A DNA stretch of 64,000 nt from Azolla caroliniana (lineage: Eukaryota; Plantae; Polypodiophyta), in contig JBHGNT010000001.1 in assembly GCA_043228905.1 (NCBI GenBank), positions 32,612,001 to 32,676,000 of the forward strand, read 5' to 3'. The notes beneath the pieces are model-generated. The model was not told the DNA's origin and did not search any database. It worked only from the letters and a program-made list of their open reading frames with translations. Position numbers and translations under genes: made by a program. Position 1 is the stretch's first letter, and every line of letters begins with the position of its first letter. This document shows, piece after piece, positions 36,736 to 49,561 of this stretch.

Positions 36736-38472
36736 CCTCAAGTACACATATATGTGGAAGGCTTTGGAAAACGTCTCTCTCATTGAGACAAAACTTTTGC
36801 GCACTACCTATTATTTAAAGATGATCTCTAACCAGTTCTTCATAACATAAGTATAGCACGTCAAACTATCTCAGTTGGGTCTACACTCAATTCATGCAAA
36901 ATAGGGGCCCAACGAGGAGAGGCCAACAATTTCCACAAAACACAAGATGAAGATGGAATAGTTTGAATGAGACAAGCATTTTGCGTAAATTTGTTCTACA
37001 TGGAATAGTGTTAAACTTTATCTAAATGTGGTAGAATCATAAATAGTGATATCGCCTACATTTTTGTGAATAGGACAGCAACAAGGAGATATTACAAATT
37101 ATGAATTGTTACAGCAACAAGGTATGACAAGGAATACCTCAAGAAATTATTCTCATGTGTTCATAATATTCATGATTTGCCACCAACCATAAAATCTTGT
37201 AAAATCTATAAATCCACAAGCTCATGATGTTGCAAATCATGATAGAGTGATCCAAACACAATATGGGATTTACTAAAACAAGATTAGTATAGTGTTAGCA
37301 AATAGTTGGAAATCTTTGAATAAGGTTCAAAAACCAGATCAGTTATTGGAATAGACTGCATTCACCACAGAAACTGAATTTGTAAGATGAACAAATACCA
37401 ACAGTGACTTGGTTCAGTAACGAAATTTATCATTCAGCCCATCTGACAACATACACAAGGAACAACATACACAAGCCAGCAATTATATCAAAACATTATA
37501 TAAACTCACAACATGCTAGCCATCAATATATATGTATGTGTTTCATTCTCAAATCTCAAACCTCAGAATGTACAAAGTTTCTCGTACAACAAAAGCCATA
37601 TCAATCCAAAGAAGAAGCTCAACCAACCCTTCGGGCTGGATAGCTAGATATGAGAGGGTTAATACCAAGAATATCCCTTGCAGGGAATCAAAATAGATTG
37701 GACCATATAGCTATGGCCCCAGCAATACAATGCAAAAAAACATGTATACCTATATCTAGGGTGTTAAGCATAAATCTCTCGTTAGTATCAGTCTCCGGTT
37801 TTTCTGAGTCCCTTGGAAAAGCTGTTTTCTCTGTGCCAGACTACATAATCAAAGATCCTCTTGGAACCCAATGCAGATATCAAAATGAGTAGGGTGAAGG
37901 GTTTCAGTTTACAAGGTACGTTGACAAAAAGGGTTTCAGTACATGTCGGCGTTTTTGCTGCAGGAAAAACATCTGGCTATATGTAGGATTCTCTACATTG
38001 GCATAAACTGTAAAACAAACTTAGTGAGCATCCACACAAACCAAAAACACTGAGTGAGTGTTTAGTTTTTCAGAACCCAAAAAATACCAGTATGAATTGC
38101 AAAATCTTGGACAAAAAGGAAAAGAGCATCCATACTTACATTGTCGCTCTTTACCTGTAAATCAATTTCATAAAATCCTGGCCCCCGAAAATTTCACTAA
38201 AGCTGGACTTCTTCACATCCAGAGAAGTCCTGCACAAGCAGTTTCAATCCACCACAAAAAAGAGCTTGTTAATCTTCCAGCTGTTCAAATCTTATTAAAT
38301 GAATAAAGAAAAGTGGCAATTCCCTGGCTTTTAATCCAGCAGTTAAGCCATACTGAACCAAGTGTAGGTCTCTTCGGCCCATATTGGACATGAGATGATT
38401 ATTAGCAGCCGTTAGATCTCCAGGAATATATAGTTTTGTTCTCTCCTGATACTACAACAAGATCACCTTTCT

Positions 38473-41400
38473 CTAGCAGAAATCTCTTTCACTTCGTAGA
38501 TCCACTTTGACACCCTTTTCTACAGCTAGCTGAGTGATTGAATTGATGTTCCCTGTTTTCTTTCCAATGGTTAGTAGTCTGCTCCACAGCGAAGTAGAAA
38601 ATGGATATGCTAAGAGGGCGAATTGGTAAAAAGCTTCCAATAACCCATCAAGCTCTAGTAACTCCAAGAAATTGCCAGCTTCGACCCAACATGATTCAGG
38701 TGCTTCGGGTAATGATTGGCAGAGAGAATCAACTAATAATGAAGCAGACCAAAACAATGTGGCAGATTTAGTTAATGGGTTACAATTATCGACCTTGGAT
38801 TGTACTGCTCTACAAGCAGATAAAGCTAGCCTCACATTGTTTGGCAAAACCTGAAGGATCTTTTCCGTGAAATCTAATAAATCTTTCAAGGGCAACAGCC
38901 CATCTGGAATCAAGGTGGGTCCATACATGGTTTCCAAAACAGTGTTAAAAAACGTGCAACTATTTGGCCAAGGACCTAAGAGACCGTCAACAAATAGGCG
39001 TATTCGTCGTTTCTTAATGCTTTCACAGAACCACTTTGATAGAGGATGCATAGAGGCTAGAAGTTGAGTCTCCATCAGGCATCTATCAAACAAACTCAGC
39101 ATTTTCTCATAGTTATTCCACTGGATAGTGACTGGGGAACTTCCCAGACCACCACAAATTGATGCTGCAAGCTCCTTCAAACATTGCTGCATGACATCCG
39201 CGTCTGCTGCAATATTCAGGCTATTATGCAGGGCAACTCTGGCTGAATCAAACTCTCCATCCAGAGCCTCAGAGAATGCAAGGTTCAGGTATCCAAAAAC
39301 AGCGTCCTGATATGAGAAAACCTGCCCAGAAACTTTAAATTCTTTTCTAAGCTGCCTTTTAACAATTGATGGGAGAAACTGGAAGGCCTTCTGAATATAA
39401 CCATTTGTCGGAGCTTCTTTCAAATGCTGAAATTCATTTCTTAATGTATTCCACATTTCAACGGGGATATCGCAGGTGGTACTACTACAAACATCTTTAC
39501 AGACAGATCTAAAGCTCTCGGATTCATGTATCTCAGCTGCACACCTAGCTAATAGGACTTTCGCATAGCCAGGACCTTTGGCATCAAGAGAAAATCCAAA
39601 GTACTGGTTCCAAAGGCGTAGCTTTCCACTCTCATGTAATGGCCAGCGAGAGAGGGCCTTCTCAAAGATTGTTAAACCAGCCAAGTTTCCTTTGAAATGA
39701 GCTTCGAGTCGAGCACAGAGGATAGTTAATTCAACTGAACTCACATATAAGTTGAAAAACTTTTCTGCCAAGGTCAAAGAGAACTCTAATCCCTCGCAAA
39801 CTGCAGCACATTGCACATAGTTGGCAGCCAAGACTTCCTTTGGGAGCCGAGATTCTGTGTCTAAATGTAATCCAATAGACTCGAGTCCAAGACAACCTTT
39901 GCCTTCCGACGCTGCAATTTCCATGAGTTTCATTGCCTTACTACTGCAAGGCTTCGTAGCTTTAACATTGCACCAGATATTCTGAAAGCACAGCTGTTGT
40001 TTACAACCTAAATTTTCAATCATCCTCTCAGGTATCTGCATTTGTAATAACACATATGCACAGCAAATCCAAAGGATACAAAGATCAGAGTATACTAGAT
40101 GGGTCAGAATAATTGATGCTGTGCTACTTTGACAACCCTGAACATCTTCAGAAACAGACAGCATGAGCTCGTCAATCCATTTCACAGCATCTTCACTTAG
40201 TCCTGACACACACATACAATTCAATTGTTGCAGAACCAAGTCTAATAGAAAGGAACTATTCTTCTTTACTGGTTGGCCTTGAAGTTCATCCTGGCTTCCT
40301 AGAGCAATGATAGCTCTTTCATAGGCTTCCAGCCTCTGTGGCAAATTTCGTCTACTGTTGATGAACATCATCCAAAGTTCATAAGATCCTCTATTATGGT
40401 GGACCTGGAAATGCAAATTCAAGTGTTGCAGAAACAGCAAAGATGGCAAAAACACCATACCACTTTCTAACGATGAAATGGTACTCAAAAGATAAATTGA
40501 AATGCATATGGACATTGCACCATTTAAAACGACCTAGTTCACTCATAAAACGTTACCCTCCAGCACTGAGAATTACTATATGTACAACTAAATAACATGG
40601 CTCAATCATACTAATAGAGGTTTCGCCACACTTTCTGGACTCCAATTCCTAGATCTATTCACTGACCTATTAGATAGGCATCACAGATTATAGACTTTTG
40701 CGTACGTAATGGCAGGTGCAACTTCTGTAAAAGTAATAACATGTCGACCCAAGCACAGTTATTCCCAGAAAAGAGAATTCAGTCACACAATCAGTCTTTA
40801 TTGAAGGAACCTTATCCACACTCTAGGGAGTAACGACATGCAGTTATCTTTGACATATTCTAAATAAAATCTATTCCTATAACAAAGACATTTGCTAAAA
40901 ATCCAAGCAGAACTTACCACTTGGGCACAAAAGGATGCACTGAATTTTACATACCGCGTGATAAAATAGATCATCTTTGGAGATGCCTTTTTCCCATCTG
41001 CTGAAAAGGTGCAGATAAATGACCCACAGAGCAACAAAAAACGGCTTCATCTCTAAGCCTCTTGAAAGCATATATAGAACCTGCACTCATTTAAACTCAT
41101 ATTACAAGATCAATCATAAATGATTCATGTAAAGGATATGGTTCATGTAAAACATCATATCTAGAGGTGAGACTAATAAAAAAAGTTAATAATCAAAATT
41201 TAGAAGCAAAAGCTAATATTTATTATTATACAGCCGATGATATATAAACCATCATTGATTACATGATCAATCTAACACCAGTTACCATGAATAGATAATA
41301 GAGACTAAGAAAGAACAGTATATATTGTAATGTAATAGAAGCATATTAAATCCATCACAGCATAATCATCAATTTCTAGAGCTGAATCTTACACTTTTTT

Positions 41401-44400
41401 GAACTTCTGGATTCTCAACCTTCAAATCAAAATTAATAAGTTCCAATGCTGACTCCATCAATGACTCTACATCCTCCAGATTACTAGACAGATGACCCTG
41501 CAAGCCAAATAGGTAGCAATAAGGTGAACTAAAGCAAGCAAACTAAGCTCATAAACATCACTAGAATCCATGTATGCAGATTGCAACCATGATGGTGAAA
41601 TTTGCATTCTGTTCAAAACCTAGAAAATTCTGCAAAGGAATAAAAACATGTGTTTGAACAGTACCTCAACTTCAACTCTCGGTCTATCACTAAGTAACAA
41701 TGGTCTAGATTCGAAAGAGTGGTCAGCAAGATTTCGCAGTTTCAATGATGAGTCATACAATGACACGTCAATGGGTGTACATCTATGAAGAGCAGGAAAG
41801 TATTGTTCAAATCCTAGCTGTTGCTTGCAGACCAAATCGGGCATGGATGATGGAAAATAATTTGCCTTCCTTATATATGACCCAATGCGATATATAGGAA
41901 CTTTTGTTAAGTGGGTGTTCCATTTCCATGTTATCTTATAAGAAGCAAGACTCGGTAAACTCCTGGATTTAGATTCTTCATTCGTTGAAGCACTAGTTAC
42001 TGCAATAGAACCCTTCTCTATTGTGTCTGCCATGTCTTTGTGTTCAGTGCCTTCAATACTTTTATCCTGATTATTTGAAGTAGGATTTGTCCTCAATGTA
42101 TAGTCTCTTTTATGTTGCCAAATACACTCATCATTGTTGCATTTCCCACGATGTTCATACTTGCATAATGTCTTGTATGGATCAAGAATACACATTCTTT
42201 TTGAATAAGGGGGCAAGCTATCAACATGATCAGAAGAGCCACTATGTGAACTAAATGCAGAGAGGGGACTCTCGTATTTCGTAGATTCAATTTTGATTAT
42301 CTCACCCATGCTATGTAGAGAGCTTTGTTGCTTCCAAGCTGCCATAGTACTTTCCAAGGAAATGGGTTTTGAGGTATGAGAAAATAGCACATCAAGTTTC
42401 AAGGAAGGCACGAAACTTTCTAAACCAGGATTTACAGCAGTCTTAGTTCCTGAAACCTTTTCAGACTGACTATCCGGCAATTTCTCATTCAGACTCCTGT
42501 GAATTCCCAAACCTTCTAAAGCTTTATATGCTTGTGCATCAAATGCCACAGAAGGACTCTGATTGATACATAAAGAACAATTTGCAGAACTCTTTTGATG
42601 TTGAATGCTTTGAATTGCTGACACATGCTTATGCCTATGTAGGCTGTGTTTATTTAAATCAGCATCTACTATCTGCAACATGCAGATCACAGGCAGATTA
42701 GCATGAGATTGAGAAGATATGCACCATGAGGTTTGCATATACATTTACAAAGATGTGTGTAAGGTTGACAGACTAACTTGCTCATCAGTTTTCATTAAAG
42801 ATGGATGCACTGCCACAAAACCAGACAGGGGTTCTTGAGGAGCCTCTTTGTCAACTGTCCACATCATTAACTGTTTATCAGAATGTTTTTGTGATCTAAA
42901 AATTAGAAAATTCCTACAGATAAATGTTTATTCTATACATCAATCTAAAAGAGTATATAATTCAGAGAATATAGGATTCAGTTCAAAGACAACTCACCAT
43001 GCTGGTCTAACATTGAAGATCCAGCATTCTTTTCTGGAGGAACTGCATTTGGTAAACACGAATCTTCTCCATCTGTGCAAGCAGAGCTGTTCATAGGGCA
43101 AAAGGCATTCGATACAGCTATTGGTGCAGATGCATCAGTTACATTCATTTCACCAGAAGTTCTCTGTGTTCTATATTCTAGGTCAGTGTGTACATTACAC
43201 GGAGAATATGTTTGAATGACCAATGAACCAGATTGAGAAGCAGCTGTTAAATTCAACCGTTTTGCTGCAGCCTCCTCATCTTTTAGAATAACATGGCCTC
43301 TATCAACAGAATTCTGAATGGTGGCACTAGTTGCCTTATCCAAATCTGTTGCAAAACTTGCAGAGCTGAAGCCATAATTGTAATCTTTGTCAATTCCATA
43401 TCCATGATTTTCAGACAGTGTTGAAACAATCACTGAGTCATCTGTCGCACATTTAACCCCATCCACACATGCTCCGCTTAAATTATAGAATTCTGGTTCA
43501 GATTCATTTATCAAAAATCCAGTTGAAACTTCGAGTTGAGGTTGTTCTTTAAGCACCGGTAACAGAAAAGAGTTTTCTAAGGTAATTCTTCCAGGTTTGC
43601 CCTGAATCTCTACATCATTCACATCAGCATTTGAAATGTTTTCTGATTGATTTGTTACCCGAACATCAAAGTTCTTATTTTTTTCATTGTGATAATCTGT
43701 ACTTAGATGCTGATTAGTATCTTCTGAGACTACACAATTATCTGTATGATGCATCTCTAGACCTTGGGCTAAATCTGATTCCTTTTCAGAAACATGTCCT
43801 GTCTCCGGGTCCATTTTGTGATTAGATTGTGCAGTTCCACCTGCTCTACACCAAACTGGTGTTTCCAATCTCAAGGAAGCTTTACCAGAATTAGAATACA
43901 TTGGTGAATTAAAGGCATGAAAAATCCCTGCATCATGTTGTGCATGTAGACGTGACTTGTTTGAGTACAACTGTAGTTCTTCAGCTTTGATTCGACTGGC
44001 AAGCATCTCTCTTTTCTCGTAAAGCATCTCACAATTCACATTAGCAGAACGAAGCGCTTCTTGTGCCTCTCGGTATTGTCTTCTTGCCAATCGTTCTCTT
44101 ACTTCACATCTTCGCCGATTTTGTTGTGCTGCTTCTAGTTCCTTGTCTATCATGTCTTCTTCTTCTTGCCATTGCTGAAATGTGTCATGCCCATATTCCA
44201 ATCCCTGCTCAGAAACTCCTTGAAATACATGCACATTTGAATTTTGTACACCACCATCGAAAGCCCATACAGGAACACTCGAAGATGTAGAAGTAGGTCC
44301 AATAAAAACCATCTGTAGTTCTTTTTTTCCATCTGGAAATGACAAACTATCCTTTTGAGCTTCATTGGCAATGGTTGCGGATATATGTATCGTCGTATTC

Positions 44401-47400
44401 GCTTGCTTGCAGTGAGAAGTATCTAACTGTTGAGAAACACTGTTTTTCTCTAGAATATTTTTGGGTGCAGTCTTAATTTGTTCAGATAGATGCCCATGAA
44501 TGCTATTTATCTGGAAAGGTGTGACACAGGAGACTATATTCTCAGAGTGGGTAGTGTTTGTGAGATCATGACTTGTTTTGACAGCCACCACATCTCCAGT
44601 GCTATGCATTAACGATATAACCCCTTCTTGAGTACTAATCTTCTTTTGTGGTGCTATAATGGTGGGTAGAGCAAGTGTAGAGTTCTAACACAGACAAGAA
44701 CAGGATTAGAGCCTGAAACATATAAAACTTTACTATAATGAACATGATATTCATCATCCAACTCACCTCCATGTACTTTGAGCTTTTGGGTGACATATTC
44801 AGCAGTTCTTGTCCATCAGGAAGCTCAGAAGGAACAGCATCCACTGGCATGGATGTGATAAGTTTATTACAACTGTTAGTTTCATTACATATTTTCACTG
44901 AAGGACTATCTTGTGACTTTGTAGGCATTTGTATGGGACACTTATATTGTTTTTGTTTCTTCTTAGCACTCTCTTCTCCTTCAATTACTGGAGAAGGTAT
45001 CTGTGATCTTTTACCTTCATCACGTTTACGCTTTGGAGTAGTGATGACCTTGGTATTATTTAGATTCATTGCTATATTTGCCTGATCTTGCTTCCTGGTC
45101 AGAAGTCCTGTATCCTTGCTTCCTACAGGTTGTACACTTTCTAACGCTTTCCCATTGTCTGCAGCATGAGGTTCTATAGTCCTACTACTGGTTGAAGCAT
45201 TTGCAATGTTTGTCTTAGGGGCAGGCTTGCTAAATATTGTTCTTTGAGGCTGTGACTCCAAGGTGTGACCTTTATCAACCTTTGATGACGATATATCCAC
45301 ATCACCAAGGGCTGCATTTACTTGTGATTTATCACTGGTAGATAAATGTACTGCAGCTTGACCTCGCTCTATTATGTTCTTATCTTCAGTATCTACTGGG
45401 GAACCCAATCTAGAGTTAGATGTTTGGGGTGAAACAAATGTATCCGTAGATCCTCGTTTTTGAGATTGTAATTCATCAGGGGCTGTATTTACTTGTGTTT
45501 TAGCACTGGTAGATAAATCCACCACAGCTTGACCCAACTGTAACCTGTTCTTGTTATCATTGTCTACTTGGGAACCTAACCTAGAATTAGATACTTGAGA
45601 TGAACCAAGTATATCAGCAGATCCTCGTTTTCGAAGTTGCAATTCATTTTCTTTTGCAGCAATTTGTTGTCGTAAACTCTCTAGTTCTACAGGCATCATT
45701 GGTGAAGAAACTGATGCTGAAAGTTGTCCAGACTTGGGAGCTGATTTGGACAACGTAGATCCTGGAGAACTTCCCACCTTTCCTTTTGTCCTTTCAATGG
45801 CAGCTATCTGTTTCTTTACTCTGTCAATTTCAGATTTCAAATCTCCACCAGCAGTACCTTGATGTGGAATGCCATTAGGAATTGATTTTCTGTTTTGAGA
45901 ATTTTTAGTTCCACTCTGTCCTTGCTGTTGGTCTTTATCACTATCACTGTCATCGTCTGAGAACTTTATTACAAGTGAATTACTTCTATCACCTTCAAGA
46001 TTGGATGGACTCGCAGTTAGTGGAATGTTTAGGCTGGCTAAAAACACATCTGCTTCTTTGCGTACACCCATGGCTGTCAGTGGAATACTAGGAATCCTTG
46101 AAGGCAATGATCCTGGTACCATCCTTGATGGTCGTGGAGTATTCATTGTTGCATGACGTTGCTGAATAAATTTTGTGTCCTTTCTATACACCATTGCTTC
46201 CTTTTTGCTAGCTGAAGAACCTGGACATCAACGAAATTATACAACAAAAACAGAAAGATTACTAGTGTTCAGTTTGCCTACCATCTCCATCATTTCCTAC
46301 TTGAACTTGAGCAGAAATGGTGTCTGAAGCAAGAGTAGATGACTTACCAATTTGCCTAATTCCTGGCACATGAACTTGGGCAGAAACAGTATCTGAAGCA
46401 AGAGCAGAAAGAATGGTTGAATCCAGAGCTTCCCTACTGCTACCCGCATTATATTTAGCATTTACAAGATGCTCCTCTTTCTGCCATGTGGTCGTATTCA
46501 AAACCTCTTTGCATGAGGCCTCATTATTGCCATCTAAATGGCAATGAGATGCCTGAGATAAACAGAGATGCAGATAAAAATAGAAATAATTACATTCAAT
46601 GTTATTTCTGCAGATTGTCAATTCTTTACAAACAGAGAAAAACTCAGACAAAATCATCCAGTTATCAATACAAAATAGTGGAATGAGTACTCAGGCGAAA
46701 GCAGCATCCAGAGTAAACCTGCACCCATGCCGGTGTACGTTTCCAGAGAGGCCATTCAACATTCAAGGAATATATATTCAAAAAAACAAAAATATGTATT
46801 GGAAAGGATGAAGCTGAAAAGATTTTCCTGCTTTTCAATGCTTTTAGAATGGTTATTAAACATTTCAAAAACATCAATACAAAATAGCAGAAATAAGTAA
46901 ATCAAATGTAAGAACAAAATGGCCGAAGTCAGAATGCATTTGTAGAATATCAAACAAACCTTAGTTCTAAGAGAATTCGAGGAAAACAAAATACACACTG
47001 GCCATTGAGACAGCTTTAATCCTAAGAAAATATGCAGAAAAAACAGAATACAGAAATGCAGTTAAAAGTCTTTTGAGAAAACAATGATACATAAAACCTC
47101 AGTACTGTTTATTTTTGCATGGAAACAGCTAGCAAACTAGCTATTAATTCATTTACGAAATGAAACAGAGAATAGTAATGACGAGAAATACTGCAGAATA
47201 AAAACAGAATACAGAATGTCCATTAAACATTGTAGAACATTGCATTTGAAGAATCTGTTATAGAGAAACAAAGTACAGAAGATCCATTAAGCAGTTGAAT
47301 ATCGAATGGGTCTTAGTTCTGAAACATTTTGAAGAAAAAGGGAACGAGATCACCATTAACAATTTCAAAATCAAAACAGGTTTTAGTGACGGAGAAAAAT

Positions 47401-48259
47401 GAATATAGGAAGTTCATAAAACCCTGTCGAATATCAAATATTTGAAGAATCTTTAAAGAAAAAACAAAACACAGAATTTGAAGAGAAGCAAAAGGAGATT
47501 GCATTAACAAATGAACAGGTTATTCTAAAAACATATTCTCAAAAAGCAAAACAAATTCAGAATGGCCATTAAACCTTCTGCATCAACTAGGAATGAACAA
47601 ATGAACAGGTTATTCTAAAAAACATAATCTCAAAAAGCAAAACAAATTCAGAATGGACGTTATAACCTCAAGACGGCTTTTGTTCTCATAAATTTTTGAC
47701 TGAAGAAGACAAAGAAAGTTGCAACAGGCATTAGTTCAGAGAAAAACAAAATGCAGCCAGAGATGAAAAGTAAATGTAGAGTTGCTATTAAACACTTGTA
47801 GACCATCTAACAATCCTTAGTTTTGAGATAACTGGAGAATGGACATTAAAACATCAACACAACATTAAAACAGGCCTTAGTTCTGAGAGTTATTGCAGAA
47901 AAAAGATACAATGCAGCACTAAACCTTCCAAAGAAGGTCAGAGACGCCTTTCAATTGTAAACAAAACGTACAAAAGAATATAGGTGATGGTCATTACACC
48001 TTCCACGAACATAAAAACAGGCCTGTTACTCGTTAAAACAGGAAATTCAGATAGAAAAAGAACAGAAAGAACTCACTCCTCCAGAATCCACATCTTCGTC
48101 TGAAACAATCTCTCCTTCTTCGTTCTCAACAGAAGAAACTCGCTTACGTTTCACTATAGGAGGACAAGATTTCCTCGCTACACTGGGAATAGAAGCAAAC
48201 GCGAGAGCTCTGAGTTCTTCAATCTCTTTACTATCCATACTTCCTCTCTTTATCTCCAT
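38473..48259 (-). CDS. ZFC3H1: ZFC3H1/Red1-like zinc-finger C3H1 protein (PAXT/MTREC-type nuclear exosome adaptor)
   Basis: Approximate exons: 48259-48077, 46552-46282, 46220-44767, 44684-42998, ~42854-42778 (acceptor uncertain), 42672-41665, 41497-41393, 41080-40955, 40404-38473. Motifs: EELRALAFAS, EEGEIVSDE, LVIKFSDDDSD, coiled coil IDKELEAAQQNRRRCEVRER, zf-C3H1 DPYKTLCKYEHRGKCNNDECIWQH, and a C-terminal HAT/TPR-like helical region (ALWVIYL, SYELWMMFIN). Confidence 0.85.
46850..48040. repeat. Highly degenerate minisatellite-like intron 1 of ZFC3H1, including a recent 90-bp-period duplication (47506-47657)
   Basis: AAAACA(G/A)AAT(A/T)CAGAATGGCCATTAAAC and AACAGGCCTTAGTTCTGAGA variants recur. 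A near-exact repeat AACAAATGAACAGGTTATTCTAAAAA...AAACAAATTCAGAATGG occurs twice. Confidence 0.7.
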
Positions 48260-48477
48260 GGAAACAAGCCAAGAAATATCCCATCAGGATTGACCTTCTC
48301 TCTCTTCTTTGTCGTAGATTGCTGTATTTCAACTTTTCTATATCGTGGATCGCTCTATTGCTCTCTGTTTTTCAGTTGTTTCTGCAACGTTCTTCGGAAA
48401 CCGTGAAAGAATCTCCCAAAGAGATCGATCTATTTCTCCTCCTCCTCCTCCTCTCCTCTTCTTCCTCTTCCTCTTCT

Positions 48478-48513
<36 letters not shown>

Positions 48514-48775
48514 GAATATCTCTCTTTCAAGCACGCTCGATTTGATCGGCGATGTCTGTCTGCGGCAAGAAGAAGAAGAAGACAGCAAAAGCAAAGCAAA
48601 AAAGCCTGAGAAATGGCGATGGCGATCGTCTTCACGTTCTCTCTCTCTAGTCTCTCACTTCTTTATCTCTCCTTTCCTTCTCTCCACGTATGTATCATGT
48701 ATGTACACACATACTTACATAATGGCAATGTCAAATTTCAATGGTAAGGAAATTCTCTCTCTCTCTCTCTCTCTC

Positions 48776-49103
48776 TTAATCGTAATTAGCTTACCCCAGT
48801 GCTAAGTTGTTAAGACTAGCAGCACTGCGTCTTGGGTTGGAAACCCAATTTTTCTCACTTCTCTCTATTATATACTTCATATATATCTCTTAATTCACTA
48901 GATGCCACTATGGAATGTAGGGGTTGAACCCATGACGACCCATGACGACCTGGTCTTGGGTTCGAAACCCAACTTCCTCACCTCTCTATTATATACTTCA
49001 TATATATCTCTATTTCACTAGATGCCACTGTGGAATGTAGGGGTTGAACCCATGACCACCTGGTCTTCATTGGGCAACCTTACCAACTGAGCTACATCCG
49101 TTT

Positions 49104-49107
<4 letters not shown>
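48776..49107 (-). mobile_element. tRNA-derived SINE-like element, copy 1, with an internal ~110-120-bp duplication
   Basis: The reverse complement reads GCCCAAACGGATGTAGCTCAGTTGGTAAGG (A box)...GGGTTCAACCCC (B box). It is flanked on both sides by (CT)n and is homologous to 51974-52182. Confidence 0.85.
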
Positions 49108-49162
<55 letters not shown>

Positions 49163-49510
49163 AGTTCCTTCTTCTTCTTTCATCATTACCCGCCTCACTG
49201 TAATGGTGACGAGTATCATTTTTGTGAAATCTAGACTTTCGTAGAACATTGTTAAAAGGATGAACGTTTTAATTGTGCTTTGTTTCGCAAATAACTAAGG
49301 TTAGCTTACTCTAATAAAAGTGAAGAAGTAGCGTTTTATTTTGATCGACTATTAATTCATCAGGCTCTTTTCACAAGCAAAATGAATAGATGCCATCTAG
49401 AATTTACCAAAGCATAGACGAATTGAGCAACCAAACTCTATGTATGCATTTGGATACACATACTACCTCTATCAAACCTCTCATATACATACATACATAC
49501 ATACATATAC

Positions 49511-49561
<51 letters not shown>

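Noticed and set aside
36113-36850. 245-aa ORF with a 54-aa repeat
   Set aside because: It is a by-product of the 162-bp tandem array (a multiple of 3), has a non-ATG start, and includes microsatellite-derived residues.
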